Of a stretch of 64,000 nucleotides of DNA, positions 28,326-40,876 are shown in pieces (positions within the stretch are counted from its first letter, which is position 1; the number at the start of each line of letters is the position of its first letter). The notes beneath the pieces were generated by a model. That model did no database searches, was not told where the DNA came from, and saw only the letters and a program-made list of their open reading frames with translations. The DNA comes from Antechinus flavipes (Eukaryota). Where the stretch lies: contig NC_067401.1 of assembly GCF_016432865.1 (NCBI RefSeq), positions 348,812,001-348,876,000 of the forward strand, written 5' to 3'. The position numbers and the translations under genes were made by a program.

Positions 28326-29048
28326 CAAAGATATTTCCATTGAATCTATAGAAAGTGAACTTAAATCCCAATATAGAGTCATTTAATCCCCCTATACATG
28401 TCTCACTAAACCCTAAAAACTAAAAGGACAAAGTCATGAGAGTGACCCAGGACCAGTTCTAACTTATCTCTGTTGAAAAAGGAGAACAAGAAAATATCTG
28501 ACTCTCCTGACAGAATGCCAGGTGCTCTAAGTTAAAATGTTCTCTTAGAGACATACAATTTGTGTGACTCTGGGCAAGTCATTTAACCTCTGTCTACATC
28601 AATTTCTTCAGTAAAATGAGGAAAATAACAGTATTTACTTTTCAAAGTTGTGAAATGAAATGATTTTTGTAATGTGTGTAGCACAATGCCTAGCACATTA
28701 GTGAGTGTTAAACAAATGTTTGTCTTTAAGCTTTGCGAATTTTCTCATTTGACTTTTACAACAACCTCTGAGATAGGTAATATAGTTGTTATTATCAGGC
28801 CCATTTTTACAGATAAGGAAACCGGGACTCACTAGTAAGTACTAAAAGAGGGATTTTCAATTTTTTCCAACACGAATAGCCATACAGCATCACCAGAATA
28901 ATATTGGAGATAAAAAGACAGGTTTGTATGTCAGCTTGATATTGTTGGAAATGTATACATTTTCCAAAATGTGTTCTAGACCACTCTCCTCCAACTATTC
29001 CATTCTGGACTCAGCTTATTGTCCATATGCAGTCTTACTCAAATTATA

Positions 29049-29108
29049 CAGTGTGTCCTGAAAGTTTTACTGCAGTTTTAAGCTAGCAAAGACTTGTGGG
29101 ACACCCTG
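29049..29108. mobile_element. Tiny Tc1/mariner-type hairpin MITE with TA target duplication
   Basis: TA-CAGTGTGTCCTGAAAGTTTT...AAAGACTTGTGGGACACCCTG-TA; terminal 20 nt are 15/20 inverted-complementary. Confidence 0.7.
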
Positions 29109-29114
29109 TATGTG

Positions 29115-29520
29115 GGGAATTAAGTCCAGCGATTACTCATCAATTATATCTGATGAACAGGTCTTCTTCATCCACTCAGTTTTACCTTTATGGATTGTTA
29201 GGCTAATATTTTTTGAAGATGTATCTTGTTGAGTAATAGTATTCTATATCCCTGTAGGGTTTGGGTGCTTGATGTTATCAGCATGTCATTTGTAAATAGA
29301 AGCATCTGGAGAACTTTACCATCTATAGGGAATCTTTCTGTCTGATCTCTGTGTAGGACATTCTCCCACACAGTGAATGCTTTGGTTAAACACATGTTTT
29401 CCTGTTTATATTGCTTGATATCGAAAACCAGAGGATCATTGATTGAAGTTATCTGATTGAATATATCAAGCAATTGTGTACATTCCTAACATCTATACAG
29501 GCAGCTGATGAAAAACAGCT
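29115..29520 (-). mobile_element. RTE-clade LINE reverse transcriptase fragment
   Basis: ORF 29198-29473 (NDPLVFDIK..KQ..; FPIDGKVLQMLLFTNDMLI) follows the RTE RT pattern ending in a degenerate FADD motif. Confidence 0.8.
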
Positions 29521-30280
29521 GTCGAAGCTGTGTTTAGCTGTACTTAAAATACTTTTGAGTAATCAATAAACAAAATGTCCTTTTTCTTTGTTTCGTCATG
29601 GTTGACTTGGAAATCTCCAAAAACTATGTGGGCATAGTTCAAACTATAGTAACATCTATTAATCTGGAGAGGTTATTAAACTTTTGAATAGAAATATTGA
29701 TCAGAAGCTTGGTGGAACCAAGTACACAGGAGTGACTTTTCAGAATCCGTAAGGAGGGAAATATTTTCATTTGTTTATTCATATAGTTATCCCAGAAACA
29801 TTAAGTGACAATGATCTTTGATCAGTGTTTGCTTAATTCCCCAAAATATTTATATCCTTTGTTTGAAAAATTGAAATATATTCTTTCTAAATACTTTTAA
29901 TATAATTTCCACTTTTCTGAATGTTGTACACTATTTTTTCCTCCCTCTCTTTTTCCTCCACTTTGGGACTCTATCTTGGTGTGGGGATAAACTAGCAGTG
30001 AGTAAAATCTCATCTCAACGACTATACATAGCCAGACCTACATTTTACTTCACATCACACCCAGCCAGCTATGAGGAAACCTAGACCTACCCAGCACAAA
30101 CATTTGTACCACCCACCTGTTTTCATGTCTAGATCTTACTCTGAGAGCAATAATCAAATTAATACTACCATTGTTACTGGAAAAATTATGATGATCTTGT
30201 GCTCAAAGGCTCCTTTCAAAATCTTTGTTACTGTGTAGAACAAAACCACTTTTCCTAGACTCTGCTGCTCTATATTGCTG

Positions 30281-30463
30281 CAGGTTTCCTCAAACTACGG
30301 CCTGCAGGCCAGATGCGGCAGCTGAGGACGATTATCCCCCTCACCCAGGGCTATGAAGTTTCTTTATTTAAAGGCCCACAAAACAAAGTTTTTGTTTTTA
30401 TTATAGTCCGGCCCTCCAACAGTCTGAGGGACAGTGAACTGGCCTCTTATTTGAGGACCCTTG
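30281..30463 (+). mobile_element. Non-autonomous hAT MITE, OC1 (OposCharlie1)-like
   Basis: TIRs CAGGTTTCCTCAAACT and TTGAGGACCCTTG; body closely matches the copy at 55798; small deletion near the 3' TIR. Confidence 0.8.
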
Positions 30464-31879
30464 GACCCTGAGGTCAAGGACTGTTTTCATATCCCTAGTC
30501 CTTAGCATAGTTCTTGATACACACTACTTGCTTTAAATAATATTTGCTGATTGATTGATAAAGGAGGTATTACCTCTATCTGAATTTAACAGCAAAAATG
30601 TTTACACATCAGAGTCCTTGACTAGTTCCAGAAAATACAGATACATACAGAAAGATCAGTGAACATCAATTTTAAGTGATGTGTGTGTGTGGTTGTCATG
30701 TCGCATTTTTGTCACTTAATGTTTTATGTTGAGAGAGAATGTCTGCTGAGATCCAGAGATTGCCCTGTATTTCATGTATTTATAGTATGATTTTGTAAAA
30801 TCTCGTTTTCATTCAGTAAACCTCTTTACTTCAGCTACCTTGAAGGTGTTTGGAGATATCTGATTGAAGGAACTGGGTGAAGGTGAATAAAGTTTGTTCA
30901 TGATATAGCTCAGGTTGCTGCTAAGCCCAGCCCAATATGTACCCAGCTGGGGAGAGCCATGAAATCAGAAGGCTGTTTAGGAAACATCTATATTTTTCCA
31001 AGCAAATGAGCCTGACATACGTGGCTTCCATTTTTGATACAGGGTTACTGTGCAGTGTTGTTGTATTTCTAGTTTTCACATTTCTTAGTAGTTATGAAAA
31101 TTTCCTACTGCAGTAGTAGATGACATAGTGGCTGCTGCTAGATTTAGAGTTGGAAATACTTGGATTCTTATGTTCCCTCATTACCTGTATGGACCCTGGA
31201 CAAATTACTGTGAGCCTCAGGTGATTCTCAAAGACAATAAGGTATAGGGAGAAATAATAGATGGAATCACCAGATGGTGACAGATAATTTCAAATGCAAC
31301 ATTCCTTTTCATTAAGATTTTTTTCAACTCCTAACTTTTTTTCTTTAAACAGAAAAATGTTCCCTCTCTGGATGTGGATGGCATTTTCTATCCCAAGTTT
31401 TTTGGAACTTCTGAAGATTTACCATATTTACCATATGGCAAATAGATGCATATAAAAATATTTAGTTTGTAAATATAGTCAGTGGTAACATTCAAGCTTT
31501 TGTTACTAACATGGTGCTTGAACAGAAGAGTTCCAGATGCCTTGTTGTATATTCTTTTTATGCTGTAAAAAAAGCACTTACATCTCACTTAAAATTTTTT
31601 TTTCACTTAAAAGAAAATAGAGGGATACCCACATTTACTCCAGAGGTAGGAGTAAAGGAAAAAAGAATTGTGTTCCAATTTTCCCCCTCTTCTCCCATCC
31701 CTTCCCTAGAAGGCAAGTAATCCAATATATATTAAACATGGTAAAATATATATTGTTTAACTATATATTGAATGGGATCAAGAATTTCAAGAGTTGAAAG
31801 AGGAGTCAAAGCAGAAGTTATGTACTGATGAACAAGAAGAACAGGGAGAGGTATAGGGACTAGATATCATGGTAAAGAT

Positions 31880-33700
31880 TAGTCAAACAGTCAACGAACA
31901 TTTATTAAGCCTCTACTATGTGTCAAGTACTGTGTTGAGCATGGGGATACAAAGAAAGATAAAATACAGTCTTTGCTCTCCAGAAGCTTACAATCTAATA
32001 GGAGAGACACTATATAAATAACTATGTATAAATAAAGTCAATCACAGGATAAATAGATGGTAATTAACAGAAAGAAGGTACTAGAATTGAAGGGGATTGA
32101 AAAAGTATTCCTGTAGAAAATGGGATTTTAGATGGGAACTAAAATAGAGAAGATATGAAGAGGGAGATCATTCCAGACCAATGAAAAGGCCCTGATGGAA
32201 CATCTTATTCAAGGAACAGTAAGGGACCAGTGTTAGGATGGCAGAGTACAAGACAAGAAGGTCTAAGAAGCATGGAAAGGAGAAGGAGGAAGATAATGAA
32301 AGGTTTTGAAGCCCAAACAGAAAAATTTTATATTTGAACTGAGATGTGATAAGGATCCTCTGGAGTTTATTGAGAATGAAAATAATAGAGTCAGAACGGA
32401 ACTTTAGAAAGATCACTTTGGTAGCTTGAGTGGAGGATGAACTGAAGGAGAGATATTTGTGGCAGGGAGAGCAACCAGTAGGCTATTTCAGTAATCCAAA
32501 TATGAAGCCTTCATTGGGGTAGTGACAGTATCAAAAGACAGAAGGAAATATATGTAAGAGATGTTACAATAGGAAAATCCACAAACCTTGGCAATAGATT
32601 GACTATGGGGGAATGGGTGAGAAAGTGTGAGGAGACAAGAATGATACCTAGATTTTGAGGCTAGATAAATGAGAGGATATAAGTACCTTTGATAACAACA
32701 GAAAAGTTAAGAAGAGAGGAGTAGGGGTGGGGAATAATGAATTCAATTTTGACATGTTGAAATCCAGGTGTCCACAAGACATCAACTTTGAAATGTCCAA
32801 TAGCAGTTGAAGATGTGAGACTAGTTAGGACAAAACAAGTAGATTTAAAACCTTTAGCATGCAAATCACAGTTGAATCCCTGGAAGCTGGTGAAGTTATC
32901 AAGTGAAAGAATATAGAGAAAAAAGAGAAGGGGGTCCAGGAGAGAGCCTCGGGGAACAACCATGGCTAGCAGGCACAGCATCACCTTGAGAAGTACCAAC
33001 AAAAGTGACAGAGAAAGAATGGTTAGGTAGGAAGGAGGAGGAGGAGGAGAAAGTCAGGAAAACCTAAACACAAGAGAATGTCAAGAAGAAGAAAGTGATT
33101 GAAAGTATCAAGAGTTACTTCTCTGCAGAGTATCCAAGAAAGATGAAGGTAGAAAATGGGCCATTAAATTTGTCACTTAAGAGATCATTAGTAACTTTGG
33201 TTAAATAGTGAAGCCATGAATGTAGAGAGTTAAGAAAACAAAAGATACAAAATGGAAGAACCTTTTGTAGAAATATTTCTTAAGGAATTTAGCCATAAAA
33301 GGGAGGAAAGATATGGAATGATTCCTAGCAGGTATGGATGGACCAAGTGGGGATATTTTTGAGGATGGAGGAAACATGGGCACATTTATAGGCTATATAG
33401 AAGCAGCCAATAGACTTGAAGAGATTGAAGATAATTAACAAAGTAGGAATGATAGAGGGGTCCATCTTCTGGAGAAGAGGAGATGGAATGGGATCTTTTG
33501 TGTATATAGAAGGTTTTCCTTTACAAGAAGGGTCATCAATTCATGTGAGATGAGTGAAGGAGGAGATAATGACTGAAGGTATCTGGACAAGATAAGAGGA
33601 GGAAGAGAAGGAAAAAAAGAAGCTTTTGGCAAATGATTTCAATTTTTTTAGTGAAATATAAGGCCAGTTCTCAGTTGAGAGGGTTGGGGGGAGGGTTATG
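31880..33700 (-). mobile_element. Long L2 fragment (RT region to 3' end)
   Basis: Minus ORF 32661-33002 contains VVPRGSLLDPLLFFLY...FQGFNCDLHA, a decayed GVPQGSVLGPLLF...YADD; reverse-complemented L2 3' end at 31880-31960. Confidence 0.88.
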
Positions 33701-34156
33701 GAAAGTTTGAAGAGGGATGAAGAGATTCTTCACATGGTGGTTGTGAGGTTCAAGTGAGATAATATATGTGAAAATCTTTTGTAAACCTTAAATTGTTCTA
33801 TAAATGTTAGCTGTTAACTATTATGGTGAGATTTAAATAAAGATTATTATTGGGGAGGGCTCAGGTGGAGTAAAGAGATAGGTGATGAGAGTGTCAAGGG
33901 TCCATTAGGCTCTACCTGACATTACTTACACTAACCTTTCTAGTTTCCGGTGTATTCCAGCCAGACTTTGGGGTAACACTAGGTGATATTTTTAGGAAAA
34001 TATAGATAAAATAGCAGCTTTTTGACATGTAGTAGCATTAGACTCTATTGGTTTTGTTAATTTTGATTTACTTGTTATGTTGAAATTAGGAAGTATGGAA
34101 CGTTCACTACATTGAAACACATTCATTATCTATTTTCCATTTTTTTTTCTTTCTAG

Positions 34157-34335
34157 GGAAGTTTGGCGAGCATTAGTAGCACTTGTACAGAAGTGGGCAG
34201 TTTTGACAATGCTAATGTCACTGGAGAAATACTATTTGCCCTTCAGTATGACTTTAAGGTTTCCACATTAGAAATCTGCATCCAAGCCTGTAGGAACCTA
34301 GCCTTTGGAGAAGAAAAGAAGAAAAAATGCAATCC
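34157..34335 (+). CDS. SYTL3: SYTL3 exon, start of C2A (GSLASISSTCTEVGSFDNANVTGEILFALQYDFKVSTLEICIQACRNLAFGEEKKKKCNP)
   Basis: ttctag acceptor and gtaagt donor; 179 nt, phase 0 to 2; classic Slp C2A start (NVTGEI.FA..Y, LEICI.AC.NLA.GEEKKKKCNP). Confidence 0.96.
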
Positions 34336-37300
34336 GTAAGTTGTTATTTTTTTATATGAAGGTAAAGAAAAATATTCTTCCTCTCCTCTCTGATCTCTTG
34401 ATCCTTTATACTCTATAGAGATCAGTTCCTGTGGAGAAAGTTGCATAAAGTCCTCTTCCTTACAAATCTATATAAAGTGATCAGACACAAATTCTATAAA
34501 ATCTATATAAAGTGACAAAATCTATATAAAGTGATCAGACAAAAAATCATGAGCAAGTCTTGGGCAGTCAAGAAGGCCTAATCAGGATGTTAGGACAGTT
34601 ACCAGGAGCAAGTCTTTTCTGAAGATAGGAAATGCAAACAGTGAACACTGAGGGGATCTGAAAGCAGCTAGCCAAGGCAAAAATATCTTGCACATTTGTA
34701 TCACTGAGATCAAAGTAGTTCTCAATCTTTTTGATCTCAGGGTATCTCTATACTCTTAGAAATTATTGAACTGCCCCACCAATAGTATTTGTATATGTGG
34801 GTTGTACTTATTGATATTTATCGTATTAGAAATTTAATGTCTTAGTTATTATAATGAAAATAGTTTTGACCTCATGGATCCCCTGAAAGTGTTTTGATAT
34901 CCCAGACTATACTCCTCTTCCATATCTCTTCCTTTGTTTTTTGTTTTAAGCCCTAGATATAGGAGGATTATCAACTCTTATAAAGCTCTTAGTTGAGATT
35001 TTTAAAAATAGAAGTGGCCCTTTTTATGGTTGGAAAAATGTAAGACTCAGGCTTCTAGCCTTAGGGACTTAGGGACACCCAACTTGAAAGACAAGCAACT
35101 GGTCCCAGAGGAGGATTTACAGCTCTCCATAATAGCCACTCATTTATCTCACCTTGCACAATGCCCCCAGCTATAAATATGGCAGCAGAGACCCTGGATG
35201 AACTGATAATTGATGGTGTCCTATGGTTGGAAGCTGTCTCTGGGTATTTGTGGCAAAGTGCACCGTGAACAGATTAAAAAGAAAATAATGTGTGTGTGTG
35301 GAAGCAGGGAGAGCAATTCCGAGTGAAAGTAAATGTGTACAAGTAGTGAGTTTTTGATGAAGGACACACTCCCAAAAATATGTGAATCAGTGCTTGTGTG
35401 TATGTATGTTATGTGTATGTGGGGGGTATTTTGGGTGGGAATTAGGGGGAATTACCCACACAATTTGAGGGTGCTCCCTCAGGAGAACCTCCATTCCTTG
35501 AGATCTATTTGGCCCTAATTAGGTGTCCCCAGTAGATTCTACATCAGTAATGAGAGTACCTGGAGGAAGAAGAAGGAAGCCAGAGCCTGAGACTAAGGGT
35601 GTGTGTATGTGTGGGTCTGAGTTTCCACTCTCAGTCCTCCCCCGCTGTGTCCCAGCCATTGTCACTCCCAGATAGATGAGAATTGTTTCTCTTCTAAAAA
35701 TTCCTAAAGGAGATTCCTTAGTAAACATGTGTTCAGCAGTTCTTTCCTCTCCTCTCCAATCTGTTACGTGGCAATTTCCCCACCTTGAGTCCTCTGTGAG
35801 GGTGTGAGGAAGGGAAAGCAGTTGACCACCATCCTCTCTAGGATAATCCTTCATATTCCTCACACTGGGAATTTACTCTCTTTTATCCTTTGATATTGGA
35901 GTGAATATCCTTTCTGCATTGAGTGGTATCATATCCTAAAAAAAAATGATGAATTTAGAGTCAGGAGAGATAAGAATTCATATCTTGATCCTCACACTAG
36001 TTGTGTTTCCATGGACAAATCATTAGTGGGTCTTTGCCTCAGTTTCTTTATCAGTAAAATGAGGATAATAATAGCACCTGCCTCATAGGGTTATGAGATC
36101 AAATGAGTTAACTTGGATAAAGCTCTTTGTTAAGCTTGAAACACTGTATAGATGTAGTATTTTTAACAGTGTTTTTTTTTAAATTTATAAAGCAAAGAAA
36201 ACAGAGATAGGATACAAACTTTTATTTCAAAGTAAAATTATAATAATTACAATAAAATTGATGAGTTCCTGGTTTATCTAGTGACAAATCAGTTTGTTCT
36301 TACAGTTGCATGCTAAAACAACCAAACCTAAAGCTACTGTCCAAACTGCTATATGCTCTCCCAACTCTATTTCATATTTCCCATTTCTTTTCATTTTGTC
36401 TGTAACCTTTTCTGCTAAACAAACCTATCTTTTGCCAAAGAGAATGGCTATTGTGAATTCTTTACATGACTGAATCCCAACATTTGGTGCCTACATCAAT
36501 CTCATCATCCGGTGCTGAATCCCAAACACATCATTCCCACCTCTTTTCAGAGAAGCAGTACGCTTTGGGTGTGCAATGAGGCTTATATTACCAGACCTAA
36601 CCAAAGAATAACTGCATAATATTGTTATGTAGAAAGGGTATCTTTTTTGGGGGGGGTACGGTGTCAATGTTAGGGGAGTCAATAGAAAGTTATTGGGAGG
36701 TGGAGAAAAAAGAACATCAACAAAACATTTTTAAAAAATGAAAGAAGAAATTAAAAAAAAAAAAAAGACTGGGAGAACAGACAGCCCACAGGATGTGTAT
36801 TCCCCTGTAGAAGGCAGGACATATTTCTGTATGCATGTATTACACAGAAAGCATTTCAAAGTGTTTTGTTTGATTCCAGTTTAGTTAAAATAAGTTTGAA
36901 ACCAAGTGGGTTTCAAGTTACAAACAGCTTAAATGGGAATAACCACATGTAATTTTTGGGTTATCAATTATACCCCTTAGCTAAGAATTCACTTTAAAAA
37001 TTAGAATAGGTTTCAAAAAGCAAAGGACAGAGAACAAATGATGAAATTGAGGTGAAAAATTGGCACCAAATGATGAAATTGGGGTAGTTATCAAATGTTT
37101 TAGTTCGGTATGTGATAAATTTCCAATGTCCTTTCTCATTAAAAATAAAAAGTATTTTTATTTGTGAGATAAAATAAAGAGATACAATAGACACCAGGAG
37201 TGACAAATATGAAATAGATTTGGGAGAATATATAACTAGCAAGGAAAATGGTTTTTAACAATTCATTATGAAAAAAGATGAGTTTCCCGGTAGAACTCAT

Positions 37301-37782
37301 AATTAACCAGAAGAAAGGAAATATTCCATGAGGTGGGAGTATACCATTGGCAGGCAGATTAAATCCATAGGACTTTAACATTCTAAAAAGAATTAATTAA
37401 TTATAAGAAGGGGGAAGGCATCATGAGGCAGAAACACTGCAGCGGGCTAACCCAAAAAGGGATTCAGCAAAGATGACATAAGCCATGGACAATTTACAGG
37501 GGAAATTTAACCTTTGGAGTTTCATATAACTTGACTTTCTTATTGGATACGGTAAAATGGGGTTACCCAAGACCTCCATGGGGAGGGGAGGTTGAGCTGA
37601 TCCCCATCAGTGCCCACTTATCTCAGAGAGTAATCTTATCAGTATTTCAGGCTCTCTGCCAGCCTCACCTGGTTACCCAGGACCTCATCATAAGGGAGTA
37701 GGTGGGAGAAGTTTGCCATTCTACTTGGTGTTCAAGAAGATTTCTGACTTTTTTCTTTTTTCTTTTCTTCTTTGGTTCCCAG

Positions 37783-37885
37783 CTATATAAAGACCTATCT
37801 GCTACCTGATAAGGGCTCTCAGGCCAAGAGGAAGACAAGTATCAAAAAGAACACTGTGAATCCTCTCTTTCATGAGACTCTGAAG
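37783..37885 (+). CDS. SYTL3: SYTL3 C2A exon (YIKTYLLPDKGSQAKRKTSIKKNTVNPLFHETLK)
   Basis: Pyrimidine tract with cccag acceptor and gtacag donor; 103 nt, phase 2 to 0; C2 core motif Y.KTYLLPD and polybasic KRKT..KK.T.NP.F.ETLK. Confidence 0.96.
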
Positions 37886-38569
37886 GTACAGACAGGATCA
37901 ATATTCATTCAAAAGCTCACCCCTTTGCTGCTCTGGGCCCCACACCTGCATGGTCAAAGTTAAACTTATGAGTTTTTCCAAAGTCTGTGAGTCAGTTAAA
38001 TTAAGATATTAAAAAAGCCCTAAATACCAACCTATAGATATCTGTAAGCCTCTGTCAATAAGTTGCAAGTCGGGGAAAAAATAAATTTTAGCCTTTGTTC
38101 AGGAAAAGTGCAGTGTCCACTGAACTTGGGAACAATGTTTAGTTAATGATTTCTGGGTGGGGAAAGGGTGAAAAAGAAAACCTGGATGAACATTCATTTC
38201 TAAACTGGGCAAGGGGCAAGTTAAAAAAATTCCTTTGACTTGTTGAATCTTGGTGAATGTCAAAGAAGTTTTTGCATTGTGCACTGTGTAAATGGAGAAA
38301 CATGTTAAATAAGATATGTTCATAAGAATACATGATAAATGAGATATATAGTAATAAGAAGAGCAATCTAATGCTTTACGTCATGCTTTCAAAATATTAT
38401 TTTCCTCATTTTATGACATCTGTAACACATTTTCTTGGATAATAGTTTCAACTAATTTCACTGGAAAGATATGAGCTAGATTAAAAATATATATTGTTAG
38501 GTTTGTTCAGGCTGAGTACCCAGACCCAGGAAATTCATTAAAATGACACAAAATCAAGAAGAGATAGCT

Positions 38570-39070
38570 AACACATTGTTGGGCAGAAGTGAGATCTCCA
38601 AAGGACCTGACATGCTAGAATGATAATTGAATGTAATAAGATGAAATTTAATAAGGACAATAAACAGGTTTTTAAAAACGGACTACATAAATGCTGGATG
38701 GGGAGATATGGCTAAACAAGAAATTATGTGATGAAGAGCCTGTTTTTAGATGACTACAAGCTCAATATGAGTCCACAGAATGACATGGCAGTCCCCAAAC
38801 TAAAGTGATTTTAGTTTTCAGTAAGAGAATTGTAGAACAAGGGAAGGTATAGTCCTGCTGTTTACTTCCTGAGTGAGATACATATAGAATTCAATTCTAT
38901 ATTCCTCTTTTTAGGAAAGACATTGATAAGCTGGAGCATAGGCAGAGGAAGTCAGCTACAAGGTGGGGAACCTTGAAACTATCTCATCCAAGACAGTGAA
39001 AGGAAATAAAATATTTAGCAAGGATATTATCCTACCTTCATATGTTTGAAGGACTGCCATTCAGAAGAAT
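38570..39070 (+). mobile_element. L3/CR1 LINE 3' fragment
   Basis: CR1-type text (aagctcaatatgagtccacag..tgacatggcag; gacattgataagctggagc...cagaggaag). Confidence 0.75.
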
Positions 39071-40705
39071 AATTGGATTTTCTGTCTTTATTAAATACAT
39101 TATTCTCCTTCATGAACTCTTTGGTCCAGCAAAGCTGAATCATTACTGTTTTTCACACTTAAGGCTCCATCTTCCATCCCCATGTGTGTAATGCCCTCTA
39201 TCATTATCTTCACCTAGCTTTTTTTCAAAATCATTATTTGGTTTCAGAAAATGACTTAATATGCCAGGATTTCCCCTTACTGCAAGTCACTTAAATTCCT
39301 CTGGGCTGCAGTTTCTTTTTTTTGTAATTAACCAGTTGACAAGCATTTAGTAAGCACATAATATGTATTAGGTANNNNNNNNNNNNNNNNNNNNNNNNNN
39401 NNNNNNNNNNNNNNNNNNNNNNNNNNNNNNNNNNNNNNNNNNNNNNNNNNNNNNNNNNNNNNNNNNNNNNNNNNNNNNNNNNNNNNNNNNNNNNNNNNNN
39501 NNNAGGATAGAGGGGAAGAAAGAAGAAAAAAAGGAAGGAAGGAGACAAGTATTAAATTCCTACTGTGTGTCAGGCACAGTGCTAAGCACTTTATAGATAT
39601 TATTTCATTTTATCCTCAAAGCAGCCCTAGAGGTAGGTGCAATTATTATCTCCATTTTACAGATGAGAAAACTGAGGCAGGCAGCTGTTAATTGACTTAC
39701 CAAAAGGTCATACAGCTGGTAATCGTCCAAAGTGGGATTTAAATTTAGATCTCCCTGATTTCAAGCCCAGTGCTTTATTCGTATTGAGCCATCTTGCTTT
39801 CTCTTTGGAATTGCCTCATCATAGGATATAGGAAAACAAAAATAAAATAGTTCCTGTCCTCAAGAAATTTCATTTTATTTGAAGCCTTACTTTATACACT
39901 CTATTCCCTTTCTTAGGTAAGCATAATAATTCTGCATTATTCCTGAAAAGGCTGTGTTAATTAATTTCCCTATATCTCTACACCATTTTTGTGACTTTTT
40001 AAACTAAAAACTCTTCTCTGGTCCTATAGATATAAACTCCTTGAGGCAGAGACTATCTTGATTTTATACTTGTAACATCAGAACTTAAGAATACTTTTTC
40101 ATTTATTCATACATAAATGGAAATCAAAGCTCTGGCTTATGGTTTGAACAGTTCATCTTCCCTTTTTTTGAATTTACCCATTTCTAGTCTTAAGGCACTT
40201 TTCCAAGCTTTTGGCTTTAATGTTTGATTCCTCCAGAGCGCTAAATTCCTTGAGGGCAAAAACTGTTTGTTTTTGTTTTTTGGTAACTATATTCCCAGCT
40301 CTTAGAGCAATCTTGTACCTAGCAGGTGCTTCATAAAAGCTTATTTGCTTGGGCTGGATTTCTAGGACTTGCCAGGAAAGAACTTCACCCTGGGGGAGGG
40401 TCAAGGAGATAGTGCCAGAGCAAACAGTCCTATTTTAAGCAGAGGATGTTGATGGAGTACAGTAAACCTCTGCTTCTTCCAGGGGGAGAGCTTGACTGTA
40501 CAGGTGTGGAATGGAAATTTGACACCTGGGAAGCAAAGGGAGTGTCTGCGCTATAGAGTCACTGTACCAGGCAGCTTCTTTATACTCTGCCAGCAGGCCC
40601 GAATCTTGAACAATTCCCTGAGCTCCTCGGGTATATGGTATTATGGTATTATGGGCTGCAAAGACACAGATGGAGGTCATTCACCCATCCTGCCATGTTT
40701 TTCAG

Positions 40706-40876
40706 TACCCTGTGGAGTATTCCCAGCTGCAGACCCGGCTGCTCCAGGTCTCCGTGTGGCACTTAGGAACGCTCACCAGGAAAGTGTTTCTGGGAGAAGT
40801 TTTGATTCCTCTGGCTTCTTGGAACTTTGAAGATAGTGTATCCCATTCATTCCACTGGTATCAGCTCAAAGCTAAG
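40706..40876 (+). CDS. SYTL3: SYTL3 last C2A exon (YPVEYSQLQTRLLQVSVWHLGTLTRKVFLGEVLIPLASWNFEDSVSHSFHWYQLKAK)
   Basis: ttttcag acceptor and gtgatc donor; 171 nt, phase 0 to 0; QVSVWHLGTL.R.VFLGEV.IPLA.W.FED is diagnostic of SYTL3. This is the last intact SYTL3 exon found. Confidence 0.96.
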
